Below are positions 49,182-60,900 of a stretch of DNA of 64,000 bases, piece after piece. The stretch is from an uncultured Gammaproteobacteria bacterium (GTDB lineage: Bacteria; Cyanobacteriota; Vampirovibrionia; 2-02-FULL-35-15): NCBI GenBank assembly GCA_964602915.1, contig CAZRTB010000002.1, forward strand, positions 86,301-150,300, given 5' to 3'. The translations under genes and the position numbers were made by a program. The notes under the pieces were generated by a model that searched no databases, had not been told where the DNA came from, and saw only the letters and a program-made list of their open reading frames with translations. Within the stretch, counting starts at the first letter, position 1, and each line of letters opens with the position of its first letter.

Positions 49182-51505
49182 TAGTTTTCTAGCATTTTAT
49201 ATAAAGTATCAAGTAATGGAGAATATTTGGGATAACTGTTCGTAAGCTGAGCTAAGTCTTCAGTTAAAGAAGCGGCAATACGTTTGTCCCCACTAATAAT
49301 ATTTAGCTTAGCAAGATTAAATATAATCTCTACATATAAGTCTGGATTTATATTTATACTTTTGCTTATTTCGTAAGCTTTAGTTAGGACTTTTAAGCTT
49401 TTATTAGGATCGTTCTTTATATAAAAATATTTACTAAGTAAATAAAGTGTTTCTGGATCATTATTTCCATATTTTTCGAGCTTACTAGCTATGGAAACCA
49501 TTAAAGGAGAATTAAAATCTTTTAGTAGCATAAATATGGAAAATGCTTGGGTGTAATACTTTAAGGACTGAGTCCTTAATCCCAGTAGATAACTATATTT
49601 GCTAGCACTACTTAAATCATTATTTCTATAATAAAACTCCACACCCTTTTTTAGAATAGAAGGATCATATGGAAATTTTTCAAATTCTTTTTTCAGATAG
49701 TACTCTGCTTTTGTTAAATCTCTTAAATGTTCTGAATGAATTTCTATTAGTTTGTTTAATATTAAAGGATCATTGGGATATTGATCTAGCGATTTTTCAA
49801 GGATGCTTCTTGCTTCACCATATCTTTTTTCTTTAATTAAAAAATAAGAGTAAAGCTCTACAATACTTGGGCTGGCTTTTTCAATTTTATCTTTGAATGG
49901 AGATAAAATTTCTAGCCCTACCGTTACGGGCTCATTTAATTCTATACATTTTGACGATGCTAATAAGAAAGCAATTTTAAGTAAAAAAGAATCAGGGTCA
50001 ATGCCATAAGACGTTAATATTTTAATTTCTTTTGATGAAGCTTTTTTATTTTCAAAATCTTTTTTTGCGCTTTCTAGGAAATCGATAGCTTCGATAAAAT
50101 ATTTTTTTGATTCTTGAGTCTTTAATGGTTCAAATACTGGAATCATTTTTCCTAACATCCCGAGCTTTACAGCTTTGAAGAAATTATTATTTGTGTTTTT
50201 ATACGTCGAATTAATGAAAGAATAATTATCACTCCATTCACTTGTTCTAAGCTTTGATCTTGTAAAACAAATACTTAGAGCTAAAATCAATAAAATAAAA
50301 ACAAAGGATTTTATTTTATTCTTTGTTTTGTTTTTGATTAGTAGTGCTATGCCAAGCAATATAAATAGTAATGGAATATAAAGATACCTCTCTGCTGATA
50401 ATGTATAAGAGGGAAATAGAATATGTAAAAATGGAAAAAGAGAAATAAAAAATCCCCATGATAAAAATAGAGCCCACTCTTCTTTTTGCTTTAAAAAGTA
50501 GATCAATGGTATTGTCAGAAAACATAATAAAAACATTAAGCAAAAAATTGAATAAGGATCTAGTCTGGAGTCTCCGAGCTTAACAAATATAGTTTGATCG
50601 ATAGAAAGTGTGTACGGGTAAAAAACAAGTTTTAATAAATGGAAAAATATTTGTGGTGAAAGCCAAAATACTCTTTCAAGGATAATCTCTATATCTGGGT
50701 TTAATGTTTGTGAGGATTTAAATCCAGCTATGAAAAAAAAGTAAAATGAATAAATTAAAAAACCAATTATATATGGAACAGTCTCCTTTGTTGCATTTTT
50801 CATGCTTGAAGAAAATCCAGATTCTTTATAGCTTTGACTAAATGAAATCATGAAAAGTAAAAATGGTAGTGAGATTATATACTCATTTGTAAGCATGGGA
50901 ATTAAAAAAAGTATTGGTATTAAAATAATTCTTACTAAAGATAAATTTTGAGATCTATTTTTTAGAAAATCTAAAATAAATCCCAATAAAAACATGTAGC
51001 TGAATGTTGCACCTATATTTGTTGATAGGAGTATCGGCTCTATCATTACTGGATGAATAGCCCAGATTAAAGAAAATAATAAAGGCAAAAATTTTAATTT
51101 CTTATCGCGTAGAAAAAATTTAAAAATATAAAAAACAAAACAGGTGTTTATTACATGTAATAAGAAATTAAATAAATGATAGTAGAATGGATTGCCTTTA
51201 AAAAAACAGTTTATTGTCATCCATAAAATCTGACCAAATGGAGAAGTCCTAATTACTTGATTAGAGCTATACATAAGATTAGAAGAGACAATATTAAAAT
51301 TAAAACCTAAGTTCTTTATAATTTCAGGTATTTCAGATAATGAAAGCGGTACAGGAAAATATTTGTTCTCATAAATAATGTTTTCATCATAATAGAGCCA
51401 TGATCTTGATAGTGTTGGAATAAAAATTATAGAGAGCACTGTTAGACAAAATAATAATTCGTTATTTAATTTGTTTTTTATTACTGATTTTTTACTGCTA
51501 ATCAT
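49181..51505 (-). CDS. TPR-repeat-containing GT-C (PMT_2/TMTC-like) membrane glycosyltransferase, paralog 4 of 5
   Basis: WLYYDENIIYEN and YHLFNFLLHVINTCFVFYIF, with ERYLYIP and a C-terminal TPR-like region. Its stop overlaps the start of the downstream paralog (49181). Confidence 0.5.
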   Translation of the reverse strand: MISSKKSVIKNKLNNELLFCLTVLSIIFIPTLSRSWLYYDENIIYENKYFPVPLSLSEIPEIIKNLGFNFNIVSSNLMYSSNQVIRTSPFGQILWMTINCFFKGNPFYYHLFNFLLHVINTCFVFYIFKFFLRDKKLKFLPLLFSLIWAIHPVMIEPILLSTNIGATFSYMFLLGFILDFLKNRSQNLSLVRIILIPILFLIPMLTNEYIISLPFLLFMISFSQSYKESGFSSSMKNATKETVPYIIGFLIYSFYFFFIAGFKSSQTLNPDIEIILERVFWLSPQIFFHLLKLVFYPYTLSIDQTIFVKLGDSRLDPYSIFCLMFLLCFLTIPLIYFLKQKEEWALFLSWGFFISLFPFLHILFPSYTLSAERYLYIPLLFILLGIALLIKNKTKNKIKSFVFILLILALSICFTRSKLRTSEWSDNYSFINSTYKNTNNNFFKAVKLGMLGKMIPVFEPLKTQESKKYFIEAIDFLESAKKDFENKKASSKEIKILTSYGIDPDSFLLKIAFLLASSKCIELNEPVTVGLEILSPFKDKIEKASPSIVELYSYFLIKEKRYGEARSILEKSLDQYPNDPLILNKLIEIHSEHLRDLTKAEYYLKKEFEKFPYDPSILKKGVEFYYRNNDLSSASKYSYLLGLRTQSLKYYTQAFSIFMLLKDFNSPLMVSIASKLEKYGNNDPETLYLLSKYFYIKNDPNKSLKVLTKAYEISKSININPDLYVEIIFNLAKLNIISGDKRIAASLTEDLAQLTNSYPKYSPLLDTLYKMLEN

Positions 51506-51538
51506 TTTTTATTAAGTATAGTTGATCAAGTTTAACTT

Positions 51539-53458
51539 TTAAAGACCATTTGATCTTAGTTTGTATAACTCAACGAAGTGTTCATATTTTTTCATGTCAC
51601 CTTTTAAAAAATAAAAATCTCGCAAGTGGGTTATGACATCAATATTGTAAGGAAAATAATCAAAGGCTAGAGTTAAATATTTTTCTGCATGAGCAAAATC
51701 ATTTTTTAAAATGTATAATTCTGAGAGTGGAATTAAAATAAGAGGACTTATATTCTTTTCTCGTGCTTTTTCAAGAAAGGTTATAGCCTTATCGTTCATA
51801 TTTCCTATTTTTAATAGTTTGGTGTAAAAAGAGACAACAGTAGGATCATAAATAGGATTTCTGTCTAAATGTTCTGAAATTATTCTATATGCAAACCGGA
51901 CATCATTTTCCAATCCCATTCTAGAAAATGCAATTAGATATCCAGCTTTTGTTTGTTTAGTTGTAGGATCAAGCCCATAAAGCTTTAAAATCTCTGGAAT
52001 TGGTTTGCTTTTTTCTCCTTCTAAGCTTGAATAATAACTACTTAAAAGCTGAATTGAAGAATTTATTAGATTTAGTCCTCTTATTTGATTATTAATATTA
52101 GATCTGTCATCTAAAAGCAGGCTCCCGGTAAATTGCAATCTTAAAGCTTTTAATAAAACATCTGAGTTTGATATGTAGGCAGAATAAAAGAGTTTTTGAC
52201 TATTACTCCAGTCTAATGTTCTGAAATAGGTTCTTGTTGATAAAACTAATAGTAGGGTAAGCATAACAGAGAAAACAATTTTATCTTTTTTTAAATTTAA
52301 TATTAAATGTAAAATTCCCAGTATGAAAAATAAGCTGGGAAGATAAAGATATCTTTCGCTACACAAACAATACGTGGGTGAGATTGTTTGTAAAAATGGA
52401 GCTAAAGAAATTATAAAGGTAGATAATGGCAGTGAGATATTTAAAAATAAATCTTTTCGATTAAAAATACTAAAGACTATAAATCCAATTAAGCACATTG
52501 AAAATAAAATACAAAAAATTGCATAAATGTGAAAATAACTATCTGCAAAAAATACATTACCAGATTGGTCTATCGTTAATTTTAAGGGGAAAAATAATAG
52601 TTTTATGTAATGTATAAAAATTTGAGGTGAAATCCAAAAGACTCTTTCAATTACTAATCTGTAGTTTTGAAAATTGTTTGAAAAATTGTGTTTAGTTGGC
52701 GACAGTATGAAATAAATACAAAATAATATAATTGAAATAAACAATGGAGATACTTTTAAGAGCGCTTGTTTAATAGAGGTATTAAGATTGGTTTTATTCT
52801 TTAAATCCTCATATAGAACATATGAAAATAAAATAAAAGGTAATGTGACTGCATATTCACAGATGAATAACGTTATTGAAAACATTATAAACAGTACAAG
52901 AGGATTTCTGTTTTTTAAAAACAAATAAAAAACAACCATATATAAAAAATAGGTTAGAAGCGCCGCCCAATTTGTAGCAAAAACCACTGACTCTACATTT
53001 ACAGGATGTAAAGCCCACATCAGAGTTAAAGATGATGATATGAAAAGACCCTTTTTCTTATCAATTTCATATTTTTCAATAAAGCTATTTAAAAGTAAAA
53101 ATAAAATATAAGTATTTCCTGCGTGAAGTATAAGTGATAATAAATGGTAATTAAAAGGATCCTTTTTAAATAAATATTGAACAAATAAGGTTATTAAATT
53201 ATTTACAGGATCACATCTTAAGTTTGAAATGCTTGTGTAGAATGTGTTGCTAGCCTCGAAATAATTATTTATTCCAAATGTTTTAATGAAAGTAAAAATC
53301 CTGCTGAAATTATTCAGGATAGGTATAACAGCCTCATTGTAAATAAGTTGCTCATCAAAATTTCTCCATGGATATACCAATGTATGAAAGTAAAAAATAA
53401 AAACAATTAATGGTACTGCTATATAAAAGCTTTTTTCGTTTTTTAGAATATTTCTCAA
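51539..53458 (-). CDS. TPR-repeat-containing GT-C (PMT_2/TMTC-like) membrane glycosyltransferase, paralog 3 of 5
   Basis: WRNFDEQLIYNE, FEASNTFYTSISNLRCDP, YHLLSLILHAGNTYILFLLL, ERYLYLP and RTLDWSN, plus C-terminal TPR-like repeats. Confidence 0.5.
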   Translation of the reverse strand: MRNILKNEKSFYIAVPLIVFIFYFHTLVYPWRNFDEQLIYNEAVIPILNNFSRIFTFIKTFGINNYFEASNTFYTSISNLRCDPVNNLITLFVQYLFKKDPFNYHLLSLILHAGNTYILFLLLNSFIEKYEIDKKKGLFISSSLTLMWALHPVNVESVVFATNWAALLTYFLYMVVFYLFLKNRNPLVLFIMFSITLFICEYAVTLPFILFSYVLYEDLKNKTNLNTSIKQALLKVSPLFISIILFCIYFILSPTKHNFSNNFQNYRLVIERVFWISPQIFIHYIKLLFFPLKLTIDQSGNVFFADSYFHIYAIFCILFSMCLIGFIVFSIFNRKDLFLNISLPLSTFIISLAPFLQTISPTYCLCSERYLYLPSLFFILGILHLILNLKKDKIVFSVMLTLLLVLSTRTYFRTLDWSNSQKLFYSAYISNSDVLLKALRLQFTGSLLLDDRSNINNQIRGLNLINSSIQLLSSYYSSLEGEKSKPIPEILKLYGLDPTTKQTKAGYLIAFSRMGLENDVRFAYRIISEHLDRNPIYDPTVVSFYTKLLKIGNMNDKAITFLEKAREKNISPLILIPLSELYILKNDFAHAEKYLTLAFDYFPYNIDVITHLRDFYFLKGDMKKYEHFVELYKLRSNGL

Positions 53459-53460
53459 AT

Positions 53461-55503
53461 TTAACTACCACCAAATATCTTTTTATAAGCTAATTCTATT
53501 TCTTTTGTACTATCATCACTGGGATATTCGTATAAAAGTTTATGTAAAATTAAATCTGCTTTTGATTTATTTCTCATAATTATATAAACAATTCCTGCCT
53601 CTTGTAGGCTTTGAATATCATGGGTTCTAAGTCCATGAAGATATGAGAAATAAGCAAAACGCTCAGGCTGATTTTTAATTTTATATATTCTTACTAGTCC
53701 ATAGAGTGTTACAGAATCAAATGGAAACATTGAGAATGATTGTCGAAGATATTCCTCTGCTTTATTTAAATCTTTGTATTTGTATTCAGTAACATCTGCT
53801 AAAGAAAGGAATAATATTGGATTTAATTTTTTTTGATTTAAAGACTTGATTAAAACCTCTTCTGCTAAATCTATTCTCTTGGTTAAAAATAAAATAGGGT
53901 AATAAAAATTCAATATTAAGCTGTCAGTAACTCTTAGATTTCTTATCTGAGGAGTTAAAAACTCTTCAATTTTATAATTATCTTTATTTAAGCTACTTTC
54001 ACACAATGAAATCAAAAAAGCAGTTTTTGACTTTAAAGTTTTATTGTCTAATCCGTAATATTTAATTACAAGTGGGGCTGAATCGTTCTCATTTATTGAG
54101 CTAAAATAATTTTTAGTTTGCAGTAAAACTTTCTTAATTATTTCCTTTGCTTCTTCAGGGCTATCTTTTTTAATAGAGTCTGCAATCATTTTATGTCGCA
54201 AACTTCTTACAATAGGAGATCTGGTTGTTTCTATGCTTGATGAAAAAAGTGATTGAGTATCTTTCCAGTCTAGAGTTCTTATGTATGTTCTTGTTGAAAG
54301 AATAAGAGTTGTAATTATCAATAAAATTGAGGCAATCTTTAAATTGTTTCCTGAAATTATTCTGGATAAACTGAAAATAAGAAAAAATGTCGGTAGATAT
54401 AAATATCTTTCACTTCCTAAATTATAAATAGGAGAAATAATATGTGTGAATGGTAATAGTGCTATGAAAAATGGGATTATTAAATTTCCAATTGAGTTTA
54501 TTGTTTTATTCTTCGTGAAAAAAGAACATGCAGATATTACAAATAAAAGTATTGTTGAAAGTGTACAAAAAATACTGTATGGGGAAAATAGTGTCTTTGA
54601 AATGTGGATAACACTTGTTTGGTCAATGGATAAATTAATTGGGAAAAAGATTAAAGAAATATAATTAAATATTACTTGTGGAGAAAGCCAGAAAATCCTT
54701 TCAAATGTTAAAGGTAAGAAAGGGAAATCCTTATCATTAAAAGTTAGACTAATATTTGAAGATGTCTTTGATAAGAAGAAAACAATTAAAAATATTAACA
54801 GTGTAATGAAAAGAGGAATTGTTTTTTTGTATGAATTACTTGATTTAGTATATGTATAAAAAAGAACCATAAAGGGTAGTGTTACTGAGTACTCCACTGT
54901 AAAGCATGATATTAAAAGCAGTAAGCCTACGATGATTTGATCCATGAAACCTTCATTTTTATTAGTTAGTGATAAATAAAAGGTGAAAATATACATAGAG
55001 CAAGTGAGAACTCCTCCCCAGTTTGTAGAAAGTAGTATTGTTTCTGAATTAACAGGGTGTAATGCCCATAGAATTGGTAATATTACTGAAATAACCTCTT
55101 TGTATATATTGGAATTGTCATTAATATAAAATTTTCTTATTAGTAAAAAAAGAATTATAGAGTTGAATATATGTAGTGATAGTGAAAATAAATGATAGTA
55201 AAAAAAGTTCTTTTGAAATAAAAATTGAATACAAAGAGCTAATCCATTACATACAGGGTCACATCTTAAGTTTGAGATGCTTGAGTAAAATGGGTTACTT
55301 GCCTCAAAATAATTTCTAAATCCAAAATTACTTATAATTTCTAACAGTTCATTAAAATTCCTGGCTATAGGGAGTAATGTTTCATTGAAAATAAGTTCTT
55401 CGTCATAGAATTTCCATCCGTAATTAAGAGTATGAAAATAAAATATAAAAATAATTACAGAAATAACTATTGAGAGAGCTATACTTTTTTTATTTACCAT
55501 CAT
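53461..55503 (-). CDS. TPR-repeat-containing GT-C (PMT_2/TMTC-like) membrane glycosyltransferase, paralog 2 of 5
   Basis: WKFYDEELIFNE, FEASNPFYSSISNLRCDP, YHLFSLSLHIFNSIILFLLI, ERYLYLP and RTLDWKD. It is 2 nt from the upstream paralog. Confidence 0.5.
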   Translation of the reverse strand: MMVNKKSIALSIVISVIIFIFYFHTLNYGWKFYDEELIFNETLLPIARNFNELLEIISNFGFRNYFEASNPFYSSISNLRCDPVCNGLALCIQFLFQKNFFYYHLFSLSLHIFNSIILFLLIRKFYINDNSNIYKEVISVILPILWALHPVNSETILLSTNWGGVLTCSMYIFTFYLSLTNKNEGFMDQIIVGLLLLISCFTVEYSVTLPFMVLFYTYTKSSNSYKKTIPLFITLLIFLIVFFLSKTSSNISLTFNDKDFPFLPLTFERIFWLSPQVIFNYISLIFFPINLSIDQTSVIHISKTLFSPYSIFCTLSTILLFVISACSFFTKNKTINSIGNLIIPFFIALLPFTHIISPIYNLGSERYLYLPTFFLIFSLSRIISGNNLKIASILLIITTLILSTRTYIRTLDWKDTQSLFSSSIETTRSPIVRSLRHKMIADSIKKDSPEEAKEIIKKVLLQTKNYFSSINENDSAPLVIKYYGLDNKTLKSKTAFLISLCESSLNKDNYKIEEFLTPQIRNLRVTDSLILNFYYPILFLTKRIDLAEEVLIKSLNQKKLNPILFLSLADVTEYKYKDLNKAEEYLRQSFSMFPFDSVTLYGLVRIYKIKNQPERFAYFSYLHGLRTHDIQSLQEAGIVYIIMRNKSKADLILHKLLYEYPSDDSTKEIELAYKKIFGGS

Positions 55504-57581
55504 CTTTTTAATTTTGATTTTAAAAATTCAATTCTTTTTAATGTTCTACTAGCGCTTGCATCGTCATTTAGCTTTATGTATGCTGAATATGCATTCTCTA
55601 AGTCTTCTATAGAATGATGTCTTAGCCCATACACGTATGAAAATTTAGCAAAGTTTTTTAAGTCACCTTTTAACCCATAAATTTTTGTCAGAACTAAAAG
55701 AGTAAAAACATCATATGGAAAATATTTATATGCAAACAATGCATGTTCTTCTATTTGATTTAAATCTTTATATTTGATTTGAATGAGATCACAATACGGA
55801 TAAATTAACCTTGTTGAATAAGGGTATAGTTCAAGTGCTTTTTTAAAAACCACTTCAGCAGAATCAATTTGATTGTCGAAATAAAGTGTTGATGCATAGA
55901 ATGCTAACCCTGCTGAGTCTAGCTTTGATAGATTATTTACAAAAGGTTTAATGTTTTTCAGCGCTAATTTATGATTTTCATTTGAAAGGGAAAAAATAGC
56001 TTGAGAAAGCAGATATCCGGATTTACAAAGGAAGCTTTCAGGATCAATTCCATAGCTCTTTAATATGTGAGGAGTCTTATCTTGATATTTTTCTTTCTCA
56101 GATTGGTAAAACTGAACTGCTAGATTAAGTTCATCAATTGCTTTCAATTGGTATTCAATTGGGACTTCTCGTTCTGGATACTGTGAAAAAATCTTATCTT
56201 GTGGTGTTAATCCTTTATATCTTATTGCTTTAAAAAGATGATTGTTTGTGGATTTAATTACTGACTCATATAAGGATTGGCTGTTTTTCCAGTCTTGTAG
56301 CCTGAAATATGACCTTCCTCCAAATATTAAAACCATTGTTATGAGAATGAAAGTTATTACCTTTGATTTTCTTGAATAATAGTTTAAGTAATGAGATAAG
56401 CCAAATATGAATATAAAAGAAGGGAAGTATAAGTATCTTTCACTAGCAAAGTTGTAAATAGGGGCAATTATCTGAGAATAAGGAACTAAAGCAATAAAAA
56501 ATAAAGATATTGTCAGGAAGAAAAAAATTAACTTTGACTTATTTCTAACGATTGCATATAAAGAAGTCAGGAATATAGCTGTCATAAAAACAATACAAAA
56601 GATTGCATAAGGATCATAAATTGCTTTCCCGAATCGTACTAGATTAGTTTGGTCTATAGAAAGTTTTAATGGGAATAACAGAAGCTTCAAAAAGTGGAAA
56701 AGGACTTGAGGAGAAAGCCAGAGTATTCTTTCGAAAATTAATAACATAGAAGTTTGTGATGTGAAATTTACTTTTGTATTAGAAAAAATAAACAATATAA
56801 TATAAATAAAAGAAGCACTTATAAAAGGAATAATTGAAAAGATAGACTTTTTAACTGTTTCTAATAAACCACATTTATTTTTTGAAAGATAAAGTATTGA
56901 AGTGTAAGAAATAAGTACTAAAGGTATAAAAAAGTGAAATTCAGCTGTTAATAGAGCAAAGGAATAGGTGAAAAAGATAAGAAGATTCTTTAACAAGGAG
57001 ATTTTTTCAAATTCATAGCTTTTTAAGAATGAATCTAAATATAAATAAATTGCTATAAGGCTAAATGTATAGCTTAAAACTATATTTGCATTTGTTAGAA
57101 GTAAAACAGATTCTATATTACTAGGATGAATTGCCCATAATAGTACTAATAATGAACATATAACTAATTTTTCAATATGAACATTTGACTTTAGATTTAG
57201 TACCTTAGAAGTTAATATATAAAGAATAGAAGCATTAATTAAATGAAGTATAAGACTGTATAGGTGATAATTTACTGGATTCTTTTTAAAAAGGACTTGA
57301 ATTAATAGCTGTAAGAAATTTCCAAAAGGATTACACCTCAAGGAGACTATATTTGAATAAGTGGTATTTCCTGCTTCAAAATGTTGTTTTAATCCAAGCC
57401 ATGAAATCAATTCAAACATCTCTGAAAAACTAAAACATACTGGAAGGTATGTTTCTTTAAAAGGCATAAGTTCATCATAAGATCTAACCTTAAAAAAAAC
57501 TGATGGTAGAAAAAATAAAAATATAACTAGAATTGTTAAAAACAAAGTCAAATATATTTTTGGTGTTTTGCTCATAAACAA
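55500..57581 (-). CDS. TPR-repeat-containing GT-C (PMT_2/TMTC-like) membrane glycosyltransferase, paralog 1 of 5 (first gene of the operon)
   Basis: VRSYDELMPFKE, FEAGNTTYSNIVSLRCNP, YHLYSLILHLINASILYIL, ERYLYFP and LQDWKNS. The ATGA overlap with the next gene (55500-55503) indicates translational coupling. Confidence 0.5.
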   Translation of the reverse strand: MFMSKTPKIYLTLFLTILVIFLFFLPSVFFKVRSYDELMPFKETYLPVCFSFSEMFELISWLGLKQHFEAGNTTYSNIVSLRCNPFGNFLQLLIQVLFKKNPVNYHLYSLILHLINASILYILTSKVLNLKSNVHIEKLVICSLLVLLWAIHPSNIESVLLLTNANIVLSYTFSLIAIYLYLDSFLKSYEFEKISLLKNLLIFFTYSFALLTAEFHFFIPLVLISYTSILYLSKNKCGLLETVKKSIFSIIPFISASFIYIILFIFSNTKVNFTSQTSMLLIFERILWLSPQVLFHFLKLLLFPLKLSIDQTNLVRFGKAIYDPYAIFCIVFMTAIFLTSLYAIVRNKSKLIFFFLTISLFFIALVPYSQIIAPIYNFASERYLYFPSFIFIFGLSHYLNYYSRKSKVITFILITMVLIFGGRSYFRLQDWKNSQSLYESVIKSTNNHLFKAIRYKGLTPQDKIFSQYPEREVPIEYQLKAIDELNLAVQFYQSEKEKYQDKTPHILKSYGIDPESFLCKSGYLLSQAIFSLSNENHKLALKNIKPFVNNLSKLDSAGLAFYASTLYFDNQIDSAEVVFKKALELYPYSTRLIYPYCDLIQIKYKDLNQIEEHALFAYKYFPYDVFTLLVLTKIYGLKGDLKNFAKFSYVYGLRHHSIEDLENAYSAYIKLNDDASASRTLKRIEFLKSKLKR

Positions 57582-57999
57582 CTTAAGCTTATATTTATTT
57601 TTTGTATTACTTTATTTTTTATTTATATTTTTTTTATAATATGGGGGATTATTTTTAGTAAATATCTTTTTTACCTATTAGGAAGTCTCCTAAACTTTTT
57701 AAAACTATGGATAGGTAATGAACTAGGAGAGAAAAAGAAACCCTATATATAATGAACAATAAAGCAGTCAAAACGTGTATTACGATATGTGAGTATTTCG
57801 AGTTAAATAAAATTGTTGTTAACAGGAACTTTATGATTGTGTTGAAGTTCATTCAAACTCGTGTATTCTTTAACTTGGCGTGTTAAGTACAAATCTTTTT
57901 AGTTTTATTTTATGGAATTAAAAAGAATTCGGCCTTAACACAAAAAAGTTATATAAAGGTTAAGTAACATTAACTAAAAATTTAAAGGAGTAGAAATTA

Positions 58000-60900
58000 A
58001 TGAAATTGATTTCATCGAAAAAGACTAAACGCCAGATAGCGTTATTGTTTGTTTTCGCATTCATGCTTTCAAATCTTCTGTCATTATTTGGCCCAAGTGC
58101 CAATGCGGCAGTAACGATTACAGCCCCATCAGCTGGAACCTGTTTTCAACACACAGGAACCACTGCAAGCGGTGCACTAGTAACGGTTTATAATATAGGT
58201 ACAGTTCAAGTTTCCTTAACAGCATCAGAAGTCACACCTGGTGATGATGCTGCAGCTACAGATGGTATTACAGCTGGCGTAGCAAGAGCAACACTTGCTG
58301 GTAGTATTTCAGCAGCTTCAGATGTAATCGGAAACGTATTTAGTATTGTTCCTCCAACAGGTACAAACTTTGTTATCGTTCCTGGTTTTGCAGATACAGC
58401 GGCTACTAACCATTTAGCAGCTGCTAATGCTTCAATCTCAAACACTTCATCAAGTGATACTTCAGCATCAGTTGATAGTACATTAGGTGTAAGCGTAGGT
58501 GTTGTAACAACAGGTACATCTGGTATCGGTAGAGCTATCGTTGCAATTGCAAGAGATGCAGGTGACGAAGTTTATCCTAAATCAGGTACATCAACAAATA
58601 CAGTTACAGTTTCATTCAATGGATTAGGTATTGCTATACCACCATCCGGAGATGGTTCATTAAGTGGTACATTACAAGCAACATTTGATTCAACACCTCC
58701 ATCAGGAATCGGTGTATCAGGTGGTGCTTCAGCAGCAGCAGTTGCTTCAGGTATTCCTGGCTTAAGTGGAACACTTAATCTTTGTACAGTTACAACAACC
58801 GCTAACCAATTAGAAGCAGTTTCAGATGCAGATGATGATACTACAGATCTTTATGATAAAACAGCATCATCCTCAAACTTAATTGCTCTTAGCCAAATTG
58901 GTTCATTTACATCATTAACAGCTCAAGATTTAGCTACAAATACAGCTACACCAAGAGTTGACCTTGAGCCAATCCTTATTAGAGGTACTACAGGTACAGG
59001 TACAGCTACAAGAGACCAAGTTTTCGCAACTGGTGAACTCTTAAGCGATATCGATACAAATGCAGAATCTCCATCTACATCAGCTCTTGATTTAGCGACA
59101 GCATTTGGTAATAACGTTATTACACCAATTACTATTGCATTCTCTGATGACAATGCTACAGCAACAACAACACTTAATGCAGTAGACATTATTATTGAAA
59201 ATTCAACTGCTCCTACAACAGCAGCTGGTTTCAGTGCAACACAATCATCAAGATTTGGTTTCTTGGGAGCTCTTAGAGCCGCTCAAATCGCTGGTGGTAA
59301 TACAGCTTCAGTAACAGCATTCGTAGCTGGTTCGCACTGGGGTATTACATCAAACAGAGGTGATACAGCAGTAGTTCAAGAAGCTAACCGTGCTAACGCT
59401 AACAACACCGTATTAAATGGTAGTTTTGGTGGCTTAAATGCAAACAATACAGAACCATTTAATGACACTTTTGTTGACTTAAGAATTAACTGTGATGGAT
59501 CAGCTCCAGTTGCAGGTTGGTTTGCTATCGGTAACGGATCAAATGCAGGCGCACAAGCTGCATTCGGTACTACAGCAAATACAAATCAATTGCTTGCTAG
59601 ATCACAAGCAGGTTCAAAACTACTTGTTAGTAGCTTAAGCAATTTCTACACACAAAATCTTACAAACATTGCAGGTACAACACCAGGAACTACAGTAGCT
59701 GGAGACTTCAATCCAACTCCATTCTTAGGTGGTGCTAATGCAATTGTTGTTGACTCAACACTTAGAAATAATGCTCTCTTATATGCATCATGTGCTAATA
59801 ACACATTAACCTTATTCCCAATTCAGGATGCTTTCGATGCTACAAGAGATATTCTTGCTATTACTCCTAAGTTGACAGTCTCAAATATCAGCAATACATT
59901 GTCATCTGATACAAATATCGTTGCTCAAATTTCTGGTAATAACTTAAGTGGTACAACAACACTTAACTTAACCAAGTTACTTGGAGCAATTGGTACATCA
60001 GGTGGTCAAACCAGCACACTTGCAGCAGCTACCGGAGTCGGACTTTCAGAAGCCGCTCAGTTAGCAATTAACTGTTCAAGTGGTAGCTCATCAACAGTAA
60101 CTCTTAGCAGTGTAACCGCTACATCACTGGATGCTACAGTAGCAGCAGCATGTACAAGTGGTTCTATTGCAACCCCTCCAGCACTCTTTAAGGGTGGTGC
60201 GCCAAATACAGTTTCTGGAACTACAGTAATTGATGGTTCACCAGTTGTTCAGAGTGAAGGCAGAGGTGTTTTACTCAAAGAGTTAAGCGCAACTGGTTTC
60301 AGCGAATTAGTTAACAAAGTCGGTGGTGGTTCAACCGGAACTGTTATCGAAGTACAACTCCCAAGTGGATGTGATGTAATCGATGATAGAGACGATAACA
60401 ATACAGCAGCAGCATCAGGTGGTGGTGGTAACGATGTAACTATGTTTACACTTACTTCAACTGCAGGTGTTTCAGTCGCTGCAACAGGTATTGGTACTAC
60501 TCCAGCTGATTTAACCGTAGTAAATGCAGTCATTCCTTCAACAGGAGCTGACCCAGCATTATTACACTTCGGTTTCACCTCAGCTTCAGGTGTTGGTACT
60601 GATGCAACTACAACAGACGCAGTTCTTTTAAGACTTGATGCTCAAGACATCTTCTGCCCTTCAACAGTTGCAGATGGTGCTTTAACAGGTCTTGTAAGAG
60701 CACAAAACAAAACAGTAAGCCCAACAATAACTGAAAACTTAGGATCAGTAAGTTTCGGTACAGCAACAAGTGCGGCAACATTCTCAATTGCAGATGATGT
60801 AGTAACCTCAACAAAAGGTGAAACTTCAACTAATACAATGATTGGTACAACACCAAGATTGTCAGGTGGAAGTGTAACTACAGCAAATCCATTTAAGATT

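Noticed and set aside
57655-57852. 65-aa ORF in the divergent promoter region between the TPR/GT-C operon and the surface protein gene
   Set aside because: It is a hydrophobic, AT-codon-driven frame in a 418-bp AT-rich intergenic region, with no SD. It is more likely regulatory DNA.
57882-57943. 8-bp inverted repeat gtgttaag ... cttaacac, 46 bp apart, in the divergent promoter region
   Set aside because: About one such 8-bp inverted-repeat pair is expected by chance in 400 bp of AT-rich sequence. I saw no further support.
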